DNA of 64,000 nt, from positions 2,208,001 to 2,272,000 of the forward strand of contig OY970309.1 in assembly GCA_963716395.1 (NCBI GenBank), given 5' to 3'. Of this stretch, positions 42,135 through 51,883 are shown piece after piece. Numbering within the stretch: position 1 is the first letter of the stretch; each line of letters opens with the position of its first letter. The DNA is from an uncultured Fibrobacteria bacterium (lineage in GTDB: Bacteria; Fibrobacterota; Fibrobacteria; UBA11236). The position numbers and the translations under genes are program-made. The notes beneath the pieces are model-generated. The model had not been told where the DNA came from, ran no database searches, and saw only the letters and a list, made by a program, of their open reading frames with translations.

Positions 42135-42211
42135 TGGTCGGGATGGCGGGATTCGAACCCACGACCACCTGAACCCCATTCAGGTACTCTACCAGACTGA
42201 GCCACATCCCG
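42135..42211 (-). tRNA. tRNA-Pro(GGG)
   Basis: CGGGATGTGGCTCAGTCTGGTAGAGTACCTGAATGGGGTTCAGGTGGTCGTGGGTTCGAATCCCGCCATCCCGACCA; full cloverleaf, anticodon GGG, encoded CCA. Confidence 0.97.
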
Positions 42212-42373
42212 GACCGGGCCAACCAATTTATGAAGGGCCCAGGGGGCCGTCAATGAAAACGGTACGGGACGCTTTTGCCGGAAATGTCCGTGTTCCCTCC
42301 CCGGATTTCGATGTTTCCCGGTCGGCCGGGGGAACTGTTTATTTTCATCCTGCAACTTTGACCCGGAGTTCCC

Positions 42374-44026
42374 GTGAAGCAACGTTCGGTTTTGGATCAA
42401 TACCGTCAGTCGTATCAACCCAAGCTGCCGCCGGTTTTGGCGGGCGGCGCCGCGCGCGTGGGCCTGCAAACCGGCGCCCCAAGCCGGCCGGCCAAAGACC
42501 AGGAGGCCATTCAGGCGGCTTTTCCCCAAACCTACGGTTTGCCCTTGCTGCGTTTCGTTGCCGCCGCAGGGGGTGGCGCACCGGCCAAAGCCCTGCGCGT
42601 GGGCGTGGTGCTGTCGGGCGGGCAGGCGCCGGGCGGCCATAACGTAATCGCCGGCATCTTCGATTCCATCCGCGCCATCCACCCCGACAGCGCGCTCTAC
42701 GGGTTCACCGGCGGACCCGGCGGCCTGGAAAAAGGCCAATACGAAATCATCGGCGCGGACAAGATGGACGCCTACCGCAACACCGGCGGTTTCGACATCA
42801 TCGGCTCGGGCCGCACCAAGCTGGAAACCCCGGAGCAATTCGACCGCTGCATCGCGGTAATCCAAAAGCTGTCGCTTGACGCCGTGGTCATCATCGGCGG
42901 CGACGATTCGAACACCAATGCCGCCATTCTGGCCGAATACCTGCTCGGCCAGGGCCAGGCAACCTCGGTGATCGGCGTGCCCAAAACCATCGACGGCGAT
43001 CTCAAGAACGCGCATATCCCCACCTCGTTCGGCTTCGACACCGCCGTGAAAACCTATTCCGAACTCATCGGCAACATTGCGCGCGACGCCTGCTCGGCGC
43101 GCAAGTACTGGCATTTCATCAAACTTATGGGGCGTTCGGCCAGCCACATCGCCCTGGAGGCCGGCCTGCAAACCCATGCCAACGTGACCCTGATCTCCGA
43201 AGAGGTCGAACACAAAAAGCACAGCCTCGCAGCCGTGGCGGCCGAAGTGGCGGCCGCGGTTAAGGCGCGCGCGGCGCGCGGCAAAAACTATGGGGTGGTG
43301 CTGATTCCCGAAGGGCTGATCGAATTCATCCCCTCCATCAAGGCGCTGATTGCCGAGGTGAACCGCCTGCTGGCGGAAAAGGCGGACGCGTTCGCCCGGC
43401 TGGATGCGGCCGACGCCAAAATCCGGGCGGTGGAAGGCTGGCTCGACGCCGAGAACGCCCAGACGTTGCAAGCGCTGCCGGCCGCCATCAAGGCCCAACT
43501 GCTGCTCGACCGCGATCCCCACGGTAACGTACAGGTTTCGCTGATCGAAACCGAAAAACTGCTTTCGGCCCTGGTCGCGGCCCAGCTCCAGGCCGACGCA
43601 GGGTTCACGGGCAAGTTCTCTCCCCAGCACCACTTCTTCGGTTACGAAGGCCGGGCCGCCGCGCCCTCGAATTTCGACGCCGACTATTGCTACGCGCTGG
43701 GCTGCGCCGCGGCCGTGCTGATCCGCGCCGGCAAGACCGGATACATGGCTTCGATTGGCAATTTGTCGCGCGGCGTGGCGCACTGGGAGGCCGGCGGAAT
43801 TCCCATCACCGCGCTTTTCAATCTGGAAGCGCGCCACGGCCAGATGAAGCCCGTCATCCAAAAGGCCCTGGTCGATCTCGCCGGCCCGGCCTTCGCAGAA
43901 TTCGCCCGGCATCGGGCGGAATGGGAAAGCGAAGACGCCTATCTCTTTCCCGGCCCCATCCAATATTTCGGGCCGCCGGAAGTGTGCGATCCCATCACCC
44001 GGACGCTGGCGCTCGAGCAGGGTTGA
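42374..44026 (+). CDS. pfp: Pyrophosphate-dependent phosphofructokinase (long clade)
   Basis: LSGGQAPGGHNV, GGDDSNTNA, PKTIDGDL, MGRSASH, GYEGR, PGPIQY. Confidence 0.95.
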   Translation: MKQRSVLDQYRQSYQPKLPPVLAGGAARVGLQTGAPSRPAKDQEAIQAAFPQTYGLPLLRFVAAAGGGAPAKALRVGVVLSGGQAPGGHNVIAGIFDSIRAIHPDSALYGFTGGPGGLEKGQYEIIGADKMDAYRNTGGFDIIGSGRTKLETPEQFDRCIAVIQKLSLDAVVIIGGDDSNTNAAILAEYLLGQGQATSVIGVPKTIDGDLKNAHIPTSFGFDTAVKTYSELIGNIARDACSARKYWHFIKLMGRSASHIALEAGLQTHANVTLISEEVEHKKHSLAAVAAEVAAAVKARAARGKNYGVVLIPEGLIEFIPSIKALIAEVNRLLAEKADAFARLDAADAKIRAVEGWLDAENAQTLQALPAAIKAQLLLDRDPHGNVQVSLIETEKLLSALVAAQLQADAGFTGKFSPQHHFFGYEGRAAAPSNFDADYCYALGCAAAVLIRAGKTGYMASIGNLSRGVAHWEAGGIPITALFNLEARHGQMKPVIQKALVDLAGPAFAEFARHRAEWESEDAYLFPGPIQYFGPPEVCDPITRTLALEQG

Positions 44027-45798
44027 TGAACCATTTTTCCTGGTTGCGGCGCGCCGCGTGGGTGCCGCTGCTGGCCTCATTCGCCGCGGGCACGCCGGTA
44101 TACCGCGGCTCGGGCACCTATCTCCTTCTGCGACGGATGCAGGAATTGCGCGCCCAGGGCAAACCCATGGCCCTGGCCAAAACCGCCTCGCTGGGCCTGT
44201 CGGGAAGGGTGTACCGTTCGGCGCATTTCGCCTTTCACTACACGCTGGCGCCCAATGTCCACCGCCCGCTTTTTACACCGCGGGATTCTTCGCTGCTGCG
44301 GCAAATCAACGCCCTCTTGCAGGCCTTGCCGTCTTCGCTGTCGACCTCTGCGCGCGACTCGACGATCAACGCCGCCTTTGCCGATAGCGTTGCGCCGTAT
44401 TTCGTGCAGCGGGCGGCGTATCATTTCGAGCGTTACTGGTCGTATTTCGCCGACACCTTGGGTATGGACATGCCCACCGGAGGCAGTTCCTCGCAGGTGT
44501 TCACCGGATCTTCCGACGGGGCGCGCTATACCGTCGATATCTGCGACATCGGCACGGCCCAACCGACCTATTGGCGCGATGAGATCTACGGTCTCACCTG
44601 GCCGCAGCCCGCCATCTCCACCATGCTGGAAAACGATTTTCTTTGGCAGGCCAGCGCCGATTCCAACGGGAAGGTTACGGGTCAGCCCATCCAGGCCGTT
44701 GTAAACGGACAGGTGCTCCACGATTACACCGTGGATTGGGATATGGGTATCGAAGTGACGGCCATTCACGAATTCTACCACGGCATCCAATTCACCTATG
44801 TGGCCGAACCGGCCAACGGGACCTACCACGATTGGTACGAGCTTTCCTCGACGGGCATGGAAGAAGTGTTGGCTCCCGAGGTGAACGACTACTTCCAGTA
44901 CTTGCCCTGCCTGTTCCAGAATCATGATCGAATTCCCCTGATTCAAAGCGACAACGGCGTATGCAATTTCCCTCCCATGTTCGGCTTCGGGGTTTTCCAT
45001 CAATACCTGACCTACACCCTGGGGAAGAAGTTCGACGTGGTGCTGTGGTCGGCTTTGCGCAGCAACGGCGATGATCTCCCGGCCGCCTTGCAAGCCACGG
45101 CCCGGTATTACCACGTCAGTTGGGACAGCTTGTATGCGGAGTTCTCGGCCGCCCTGGCCTCCGCGGGGCGCGGCAGCACGGCGGCTTGCGCCGATGCGAA
45201 TGCCCCCGTTTTTCTGCGCGATCGTCCCTGCTGGCCCATGCCGGCCTTCGATTCGTTGCCGGTCGTGGGCGATTCGTTACGAAGTACCCTGCAGGCCTTG
45301 ACCTTTCAACTGTTCTCGTCACCCCCGACCGGAACGGAAGCGCGTTTTACCTGGAGCGGAACCATGGAATCGATTCCGCAAAAAATCGCGGCCGCGTCGC
45401 CCTATGCCGCCGAAGCCGTGTCCGGCAACCCCTTGGTCTTTTTACCCAGTCCGGACAACAGCGTGTTGGGATTGTCGCTGCCCAACGCATCGTTCACCGC
45501 CGCGGGCAGTTTGAGCGTGGTGCTTGCGAACGCGCAGGGGTTCACCGTGTTCCCCAGTCCCGCGCGTCTTTCGGCCGGCGACGTGTTCTTCACCTTGCCG
45601 CCCGGGCTTTCCGGCCCGCTCACCTTGACCATCGTCTCCGAAACCGGCCGCCGCGTCGCCGAACTGCCTTTGAATGCGCAGACTTCGCTGTGGACCTGGA
45701 ATCTCACCGACGAACAGGGGCGTCCCGTACCGCCCGGCGTCTATTTCTACAGCACTCCGGGCCAGGCGCCCGAAACCTTGCCGTTACTGCCGCGTTGA
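44026..45798 (+). CDS. Secreted HEXXH zinc metalloprotease (MXAN_6640-like) with FlgD-like/T9SS-type C-terminal domain
   Basis: ATG overlaps the pfp stop; signal peptide; TAIHEFYHGIQ...WYELSSTGMEE; C-terminal WNLTDEQGRPVPPGVYFY. Confidence 0.72.
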   Translation: MNHFSWLRRAAWVPLLASFAAGTPVYRGSGTYLLLRRMQELRAQGKPMALAKTASLGLSGRVYRSAHFAFHYTLAPNVHRPLFTPRDSSLLRQINALLQALPSSLSTSARDSTINAAFADSVAPYFVQRAAYHFERYWSYFADTLGMDMPTGGSSSQVFTGSSDGARYTVDICDIGTAQPTYWRDEIYGLTWPQPAISTMLENDFLWQASADSNGKVTGQPIQAVVNGQVLHDYTVDWDMGIEVTAIHEFYHGIQFTYVAEPANGTYHDWYELSSTGMEEVLAPEVNDYFQYLPCLFQNHDRIPLIQSDNGVCNFPPMFGFGVFHQYLTYTLGKKFDVVLWSALRSNGDDLPAALQATARYYHVSWDSLYAEFSAALASAGRGSTAACADANAPVFLRDRPCWPMPAFDSLPVVGDSLRSTLQALTFQLFSSPPTGTEARFTWSGTMESIPQKIAAASPYAAEAVSGNPLVFLPSPDNSVLGLSLPNASFTAAGSLSVVLANAQGFTVFPSPARLSAGDVFFTLPPGLSGPLTLTIVSETGRRVAELPLNAQTSLWTWNLTDEQGRPVPPGVYFYSTPGQAPETLPLLPR

Positions 45799-45856
45799 CC
45801 GGTGCTTTCCAGATAGTATCCGACCGTAAAAGCTCGAGCAGTCCGACCGGCTGTGC

Positions 45857-47254
45857 TTACAGAAGATGCCGGCCCATCACCAAGGTCGCGAGGTTGAAGT
45901 AAATCACGATGCCGGTGACGTCGATGAAGGTGGCCACGAAGGGCGCCGAAGAAGTAGCCGGGTCCATGCCCAGCCGCCGCAAAAACAGCGGCAACATGGA
46001 GCCCACCAAGGTCCCCCAGGCCACCACGCCGATCACCGAAAGAAAGACCGCGAAGCCGATCACCATAAAATGCGGCCCGTAGGTGTGGAAGGTCGCGCCC
46101 CAAATCGTGACGCGCAACAAACCGATGCAGGCGAGAATGCAGCCGAGACCGATGCCCATCAGCACTTCGCGCCGCAACACGCGCCATAAATCCGCGAATT
46201 TCACTTCGCCCAGGGCGATGGAGCGGATCATCAAGGTGGCCGCCTGCGATCCCGAATTGCCGCCGCTGCTCAAGATGAGGGGTATGAACAGCGCCAGCAC
46301 CACGGCCTTGCTGATGGCGTCGGAATAAAAGCTCATGGCCGTGGCCGTGAACATTTCCCCGATGAACAGGCCCGTGAGCCAGCCCACGCGTTTGCGCAAC
46401 AGGTTCCAGAAGGGCGCATCGAGATACGAAACATCCAGGGCTTCGAGGCCGCCGATTTTCTGGATGTCTTCGGTGGTCTCGCGCTCTTCCAGATGCAGGA
46501 TGTCATCGATGGTGACGATGCCCAGCAGCAGGCCGTCTTCATCGATCACCGGCAACGCCGTGCGCGTGCTGTATTTCTTGAACGCCTGAATGGCCTCTTC
46601 CTGCGGGTCGTTGCATTGCAACACCGTGTACTGTCCGTCGAGAATGTCTTCGATGGGCCGCTCGGTCGGCGACAGCAGAAATTCGCGGATGCGGATGTCG
46701 TCGAGCAGGCGGCCCTTGGCGTCGACCACGTAGATGTCGTTCAGGGTTTCTTTGTCTTCGCCGTTGAGGCGGATGAACTCCAGCGCCTTCCCCACCGTCC
46801 ACTCTTTGCGGATGGTCAGGAAGTCGGGCGTCATGAGGCGGCCCACGCTGTCTTCGGGAAAGTCGAGCAGCTTCTGCGCCTGAGCCCGCTCGCGCGGCAG
46901 CAAAAAGCTGAGCAGGCGTTTGGTGGCGTGCAGGGGCACTTTTTCGAGCAGCGCCGTGCGGTCGTCGGCGTCCATCTCGTTGATGATTTCGGCCACGCGC
47001 GGAGTGGAAAGCTCGTCCAGGATTTCGCGCTGCTCCCCGACGTCGAGCTGCTGGAAAATTTCGGTGGCTGCGGTGGGCGAAATTTTTTCGAAAAAGGTGA
47101 TGCGTTGCTGGGGCGCCAACTCCTGCACCAGCTCGGCCAGGTCTTCCACCGAGAGCTGATCGCAGAAGGTTTCCAGCGCTTCGGCGTCGCCGTCTGCGAC
47201 GGCGTGTTCCAACTCGGGATACAGCAATTGCGTTTCGGGTTTTTGAAGCGACAT
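45857..47254 (-). CDS. mgtE: Magnesium transporter MgtE
   Basis: CBS pair (SVGRLMTPDF, GIVTIDD), SSGGNSGSQAATL, DPATSSAPFVATFIDVTG. Confidence 0.96.
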   Translation of the reverse strand: MSLQKPETQLLYPELEHAVADGDAEALETFCDQLSVEDLAELVQELAPQQRITFFEKISPTAATEIFQQLDVGEQREILDELSTPRVAEIINEMDADDRTALLEKVPLHATKRLLSFLLPRERAQAQKLLDFPEDSVGRLMTPDFLTIRKEWTVGKALEFIRLNGEDKETLNDIYVVDAKGRLLDDIRIREFLLSPTERPIEDILDGQYTVLQCNDPQEEAIQAFKKYSTRTALPVIDEDGLLLGIVTIDDILHLEERETTEDIQKIGGLEALDVSYLDAPFWNLLRKRVGWLTGLFIGEMFTATAMSFYSDAISKAVVLALFIPLILSSGGNSGSQAATLMIRSIALGEVKFADLWRVLRREVLMGIGLGCILACIGLLRVTIWGATFHTYGPHFMVIGFAVFLSVIGVVAWGTLVGSMLPLFLRRLGMDPATSSAPFVATFIDVTGIVIYFNLATLVMGRHLL

Positions 47255-47395
47255 GGTGGCTGCACCCTCGCATCGCGGCGTCGGGCCTAAGGCCGCCGCG
47301 AAGAAGCCGCAAAGTTAGAACAGGTCGGGCGGTTTGCGGTGTTCCCCGAAATCGGCTTCGCCGCGAATTTTCACCCGGTCCAGGTAACGTTCAGC

Positions 47396-48040
47396 TTACC
47401 CGATCGGATCGCGATCGAAACGGTGAAAGCGATAGTGCAGGCCGCTTTCTTCCCAGGTCGGAGAGACGGCAGTGGCGCGGAAATCCGCGGGAATTTCGGG
47501 AAAGAATACGTCGCAGGGAAATTCGGATTCAATGGCGGTCAAATAGATGCGCGCGCAGCGGGGTGATTGCAGGGCTTCGGCGTAAACCCGGCCGCCGCCG
47601 ATGATGAATATTTCCCGGACGCTGTCATCGCGTTCCAGCCAGGCCAAGGCCTGATCCATCGCGCCGAACACGCGGTGCGTGCCCGAATCGTCCGGCGCGC
47701 CGAGTCGGCTGAGCACGCCGTTGAGACGGTTCGGCAGGGGCTTGAACGCGGGCGGCAGCCCCTCCCAGGTCTTGCGGCCCATGAGCACGGCGTTGCGGTG
47801 ATCGGGCGAAGGCAGGGGCAGGGGATCGGCCGCTTTGAGGCGCGCCCACAAGCCTGCGAGCGTTTCCGCGCCGCCGCTCCCGGCGCCGGCCTCCAGGCCG
47901 TAACGCCGTTCCACCGCGCCGCGATCCGGACAGGTGGTGAGTTCGCGGAAGTAGCGCATGTCGCCGGCCAGCTTCCAGGGCAATCGCCCCTCGCGGCCGA
48001 TACCGCGCCGGTTATCGAGCGCCACCACCACGTTGAACAT
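47396..48040 (-). CDS. folA: Dihydrofolate reductase with long internal insertion
   Basis: GIGREGRLPWKLAGDMRYF, NAVLMGRKTWE, PLPNRLN, FIIGGGRVY, CDVFFP; 1 bp downstream of thyA. Confidence 0.93.
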   Translation of the reverse strand: MFNVVVALDNRRGIGREGRLPWKLAGDMRYFRELTTCPDRGAVERRYGLEAGAGSGGAETLAGLWARLKAADPLPLPSPDHRNAVLMGRKTWEGLPPAFKPLPNRLNGVLSRLGAPDDSGTHRVFGAMDQALAWLERDDSVREIFIIGGGRVYAEALQSPRCARIYLTAIESEFPCDVFFPEIPADFRATAVSPTWEESGLHYRFHRFDRDPIG

Positions 48041-48041
48041 G

Positions 48042-48857
48042 CTATACCGCCACCGCGAATTTGAGAAACGGATGATGGCGGTAACCCTGCAATTCGAAAT
48101 CCTCGAAGCGCAGGTCGAACAAGGGCTTGGCCGCGATCTGCACCTGCGGCAAAGGATAGGGTTCGCGGCGCAACTGTTCTTCGATGCCTTCGAGGTGGTT
48201 CAGGTAAATGTGGGCGTCGCCGAGGGTGTGGGTGAAAATTCCCGGCGTCAGTCCGCATTCCTGCGCGGTCATCTGCAGCAGCAGGGCGTAGCTGGCGATG
48301 TTGAAGGGAACGCCCAGGGCCATGTCGGCCGAGCGCTGATACAATTGCAAATCCAGCCGGCCGTTGCAGACGTAGTACTGGAAAAAGGCATGGCAGGGCG
48401 GCAGCTTCATGCGCGGCAAGTCGCCCACGTTCCAAGCCGAGACGATGATGCGGCGCGACTCCGGATTATTTTTGATCATGGTAATGGCTTCTTTGATTTG
48501 ATCCACCGGCTCGGGGCGATAGAGACCCGTGCCGTCGGCTGCGACAAAGCGCGGCCAGCGCCGCCACTGATATCCGTAAATGGGTCCGAGTTCGCCGTCG
48601 GGGTCGGCCCAGGCGTTCCAGATGGGCGTATGCTGCGCCAGATCGTCGTGAATATTGGTGCTGCCGCGCAGGAACCACAAGAGTTCGCGCACCACGGCGT
48701 CGAACAAAACCTTTTTGGTGGTCACCAAGGGGAACCCGGCGCGCAAGTCGTATTTGGCCTGCAGGCCGAACAGCGCCAGCGTACCCGTACCCGTGCGATC
48801 GTCTTTGCGCTCCCCGTGTGCGAGGATTTCCCGCAGCAATTGCAGATATTGACGCAT
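48042..48857 (-). CDS. thyA: Thymidylate synthase
   Basis: Start at MRQYLQLL (48857); [41 protein letters not shown]. Confidence 0.97.
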   Translation of the reverse strand: MRQYLQLLREILAHGERKDDRTGTGTLALFGLQAKYDLRAGFPLVTTKKVLFDAVVRELLWFLRGSTNIHDDLAQHTPIWNAWADPDGELGPIYGYQWRRWPRFVAADGTGLYRPEPVDQIKEAITMIKNNPESRRIIVSAWNVGDLPRMKLPPCHAFFQYYVCNGRLDLQLYQRSADMALGVPFNIASYALLLQMTAQECGLTPGIFTHTLGDAHIYLNHLEGIEEQLRREPYPLPQVQIAAKPLFDLRFEDFELQGYRHHPFLKFAVAV

Positions 48858-49023
48858 CGGCAAGCCCGCCCTAAAGGGTACACTAAGAATCGGTCCGCCT
48901 GCGGTCCGTTTTCGATCCGCCTGCGCGGCAGGCCAAACGAAATGGCCGTTCGCCGCAGCGGAGAAGGCGATTCTTAGGGCCACCCTAAAATAAAAAAGGC
49001 GGGGCGTCCGCCTGATTGCGGAT

Positions 49024-49587
49024 TCAGGGTGCGGGCGCGACGAAGAGAAAATAGCGCTGAATCTGGCCGTGGGCGCTGGGTTCCAAAGCCCGGGCGCCGC
49101 GGCGCAGCGCCATGTCGAGCAGCAGCGAACCGGCCGGTGCCGTGCCCACCAGGAAGCTCACGCCGTTGCGGTGCATGAGGCGCACCAGCGCCTCCCACAA
49201 CAACTCGGCCACGCCTTCTTCGGGAAAGCCCGCGGCGATGGTGAACGGCCCGCACTCGATCCAGCGGTGGCCGGTGTAGCGCAAGGCGCTGAGCCACTCG
49301 CCGATTACCGGGTGGGGAGCCTGTTGCGGCGAAGGGCTTTCGGTGCGGCCGCGCGGCAAGGTGATGGCGCAACCTCCGGCCGCCAACCCGGCCAGGGTGC
49401 GGCACACCAGCTCCCAGCGGGGCAAAGGCTGGCCCGATTCCGATCGCGGCCTTAAGGGTTCAAAGGCCAACTCGGATTTGGCAGGAAGCGGCGACTCGAT
49501 GTCGACATTGAAACTGCCTTGGCGGTAAGCGGGAAAGTTCGGTTGTTCCAGCGCGTCGGGTGCCGGCGGTTGTATGGGATTGTTCAC
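49024..49587 (-). CDS. Hypothetical protein, possibly a degenerate GNAT/acyltransferase fold
   Basis: GGAGG RBS then GTG at 49587; WIECGPF...[20 protein letters not shown] weakly resembles OlsB/LuxI-like acyltransferases. Confidence 0.45.
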   Translation of the reverse strand: MNNPIQPPAPDALEQPNFPAYRQGSFNVDIESPLPAKSELAFEPLRPRSESGQPLPRWELVCRTLAGLAAGGCAITLPRGRTESPSPQQAPHPVIGEWLSALRYTGHRWIECGPFTIAAGFPEEGVAELLWEALVRLMHRNGVSFLVGTAPAGSLLLDMALRRGARALEPSAHGQIQRYFLFVAPAP

Positions 49588-49769
49588 AAAAGCCTCCGTG
49601 GCTCGGTTTTCTTTTTTCACTGAGGAATAGAATACCTCGGTGTCGTTGCCGCGATATTTCAGCCTGATTTCAAAGCCGCCGACGCGCCTGGGGTAAGGAT
49701 TCCGGGGCGGCGCGAAATTAAAATTCCATCGCTTCCGGGGGCGGAAATCCGTTGATTCAAAGTCTAGTG

Positions 49770-49805
49770 TTGACGGCACGATTTCCAAAATCGTATATTC
49801 ACGAT
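49770..49805 (+). promoter_or_regulatory. ars operon promoter with ArsR-type operator palindromes
   Basis: TTGACG-18 bp-TATATT; overlapping inverted repeats ACGATTT-CCA-AAATCGT and ATCGT-ATATTC-ACGAT. Confidence 0.7.
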
Positions 49806-49853
49806 ATAGGCTAAGTATTTAAGATAAACAAGAGAATCAGAAGAATCAAAACC

Positions 49854-50186
49854 ATGGCGGAAGCGAAACACGAAAAGTTTTCGGCGGCGGATCAGAAGTT
49901 GGCGGCCGTGGCCAAGGCCTTGAGCCATCCGGCCCGCATCGCCATCTTGCGCACCCTGGCGCGACGGGGAACCTGTATTTGCGGTGAAATCGTGGCGGTG
50001 ATGCCTTTGGCGCAATCGACGGTATCGCAGCATCTCAAGGCCCTGAAGGCCGCGGGTCTGATCGTGGGCGAAGTCGAAGGCCCCAAGAGTTGTTATTGCG
50101 TGAACGGCAAAGCGCTGGCGGCGCTGGGGAAAAACCTTTCCGACTGGGTCGCCGCCGTTTGCCAGGACGCGGGAAAGTGCTGTTAA
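49854..50186 (+). CDS. arsR: ArsR/SmtB family repressor
   Basis: [35 protein letters not shown]-terminal CC. Confidence 0.93.
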   Translation: MAEAKHEKFSAADQKLAAVAKALSHPARIAILRTLARRGTCICGEIVAVMPLAQSTVSQHLKALKAAGLIVGEVEGPKSCYCVNGKALAALGKNLSDWVAAVCQDAGKCC

Positions 50187-50223
50187 AGCCAAGCGAAAAC
50201 CAAACATCAACCGGGGGGAAACC

Positions 50224-50397
50224 ATGAGTTTGTGGAAAAGGATTTTCGGCGGCAAGCCTTCGAGTCGCGGTTGCTGTTGTTGTTGCTGCTGTTGCGGCGG
50301 CGGCTGCGAAGCTTGCAATTGTAAGGATTGCCGCTGCGTCGCGCAGGCGGATTTGACGCCTGGTTGCGGTGCGGAGCAACGCGCGGGAGGGGCATGA
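50224..50397 (+). CDS. 57-aa cysteine-rich small protein (metallothionein-like), absent from the ORF track
   Basis: MSLWKRIFGGKPSSRGCCCCCCCCGGGCEACNCKDCRCVAQADLTPGCGAEQRAGGA (14 Cys); G-rich RBS; stop overlaps the aquaporin start (ATGA at 50394-50397). Confidence 0.72.
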   Translation: MSLWKRIFGGKPSSRGCCCCCCCCGGGCEACNCKDCRCVAQADLTPGCGAEQRAGGA

Positions 50398-51071
50398 AAC
50401 CAGGCGTGGCCGAGGCCTGGCTCGGCGAATTTCTGGGCACGGCGTTGCTGCTGGCCGGTGTCGTCGGGTCGGGTATCATGGCCCAGCGTTTGGCCGGAGG
50501 CAATGTGGCCTTGGCCTTATTGGCCAATGCCTTGGCCACGGGTTTTCTCTTGCCGGTGCTCATCCAGATTTTCGGTCCGATTTCCGGGGGGCATTTCAAC
50601 CCCGCCGTATCCTTGGCCGAAGCCGCGAGCCGGCGTCTGCCTTGGAACCGGGTCGCCGGGTATATCGTGGTTCAGGTTTTGGGAGCCGTCGCCGGCGTGT
50701 GGCTGGCGCATGCCATGTTCGGCCTGGATCTTTGGCAAACATCGCGGCATGTGCGCGCGGGCATGAGCCAGGGGCTGAGCGAAGCCGTGGCCACCTTCGG
50801 ACTGGTCTTGCTGGTATTACGCCGTGATCATTGCCGCGAAGGGCATATTTCCTGGCTGATCGGCGCGTACATCGCATCGGCGTATTGGTTCACGGCTTCC
50901 ACCAGTTTCGCCAATCCCGCGGTGACCGTGGCCCGGGCTTTTACCGATACCTTCGCCGGCATCCGCCCGGCCGATGTTCCGGCTTTCATTTTCTTTCAAC
51001 TCGTGGGGACGGCGGCGGCTTTTTTTCAGGATCAATGGCTGCGCACCCGGAAAGGAGTTCGCCTTGGATAA
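50394..51071 (+). CDS. MIP/aquaglyceroporin family arsenite channel (AqpS-like)
   Basis: EFLGTALLLAGVVGSGIMA, SGGHFNPAVS, STSFANPAVT; GGAGG RBS before ATG 50394; within the ars operon. Confidence 0.9.
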   Translation: MKPGVAEAWLGEFLGTALLLAGVVGSGIMAQRLAGGNVALALLANALATGFLLPVLIQIFGPISGGHFNPAVSLAEAASRRLPWNRVAGYIVVQVLGAVAGVWLAHAMFGLDLWQTSRHVRAGMSQGLSEAVATFGLVLLVLRRDHCREGHISWLIGAYIASAYWFTASTSFANPAVTVARAFTDTFAGIRPADVPAFIFFQLVGTAAAFFQDQWLRTRKGVRLG

Positions 51072-51456
51072 GAAAAAATTGCTTTTCGTCTGCATTGAGA
51101 ACAGCAACCGCAGCCAGATGGCCGACGCCTTCGCGCGCCGGCTGGGCGGCGATTCCGTGGAAAGCTACAGCGCGGGGTCGAAACCTTCGGGCGTGGTGAA
51201 TCCCAAGGCGGTGGCGGCCATGCAAGAAATCGGCTATGACTTGTCCGCGCATCGCTCCAAATCGCTGGACGAGATTCCCGACATCGATTACGACGCGGTC
51301 ATCACCATGGGCTGCGGCGACGCCTGCCCCTTCATCATTGGGCGCATCCATGAGGATTGGGCCTTGCCCGATCCCAAGCATTTGCCGCCCGAGGAATTCC
51401 GCCACGTGCGCGATTTGATCGGGGAAAAGGTGAAAGATTTGTTGACCCGGATCTAG
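51064..51456 (+). CDS. arsC: Arsenate reductase, LMW-PTP family
   Basis: LFVCIENSNRSQMA, SAGS, TMGCGDACP, DWALPDP; TTG start with GGAG RBS. Confidence 0.92.
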   Translation: MDKKKLLFVCIENSNRSQMADAFARRLGGDSVESYSAGSKPSGVVNPKAVAAMQEIGYDLSAHRSKSLDEIPDIDYDAVITMGCGDACPFIIGRIHEDWALPDPKHLPPEEFRHVRDLIGEKVKDLLTRI

Positions 51457-51500
51457 CACCCATCGCGATCCGTATCCGTCGGACACGCCGCTCCTCGTCC

Positions 51501-51672
51501 GGTTCGACATTCCTCGGCGGGCTCGGGAACCATCACTCGGTCCGCCGCGTGTGCACCTCAACTTGCGGTGGGAGGGTTTCGGTTTGCGATAGGAGAACTT
51601 CGGTTGCGGTGGGTGAGCCTCGGTCCGCGGTGGGTGAGCCCGGTTCCAGAGCCCGTCGAGGGATGTCGAACC
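51501..51672. repeat. REP/REPIN-like element: 31-bp inverted arms enclosing ~21-bp tandem repeats
   Basis: GGTTCGACATTCCTCGGCGGGCTCGGGAACC (51501-31) vs reverse complement of 51642-72 (28/31); internal units such as TTGCGGTGGGTGAGCCTCGG and TCCGCGGTGGGTGAGCCCGG. Confidence 0.8.
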
Positions 51673-51738
51673 CACCGTCCGGGCGTCTGCGTAATTGACA
51701 TTCGCCGGCCGGGTTTCAATCTTTAGCCGTCCCCGCCT

Positions 51739-51822
51739 GCCTGGGTGGTGAAATTGGTAGACACGCAAGATTCAGGATCTTGTGACCGCAAGGTTGTGGG
51801 AGTTCGAATCTCCCCCCGGGCA
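51739..51822 (+). tRNA. tRNA-Leu(CAG)
   Basis: GCCTGGG/CCCGGGC acceptor stem, D-loop AAATTGGTAGAC, anticodon arm CAAGA-TTCAGGA-TCTTG, long variable arm, GTTCGAATC; CCA not encoded. Confidence 0.95.
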
Positions 51823-51883
51823 CTATTGATGTTGCCGATATTTCGAATATTTTGGTTGGGGCATTTTCCGGATGGCCGAACCG

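Noticed and set aside
43687-44025. N-terminal extension of the 703-aa ORF
   Set aside because: It overlaps pfp; the signal peptide begins at ATG 44026.
41999-44080. Long antisense ORFs (693 aa here; also 14666-16441, 54319-55872, 52996-54291, 33861-35090)
   Set aside because: Shadow frames of well-supported high-GC genes, with no recognisable motifs.
49764-50318. Minus-strand poly-Gln ORF (MQASQPPPQQQQ...)
   Set aside because: Antisense to arsR; the Gln run is the reverse complement of the poly-Cys codons.
51540-51645. Possible CRISPR array
   Set aside because: Units are contiguous degenerate ~21-mers with no unique spacers, and no cas genes are in the window.
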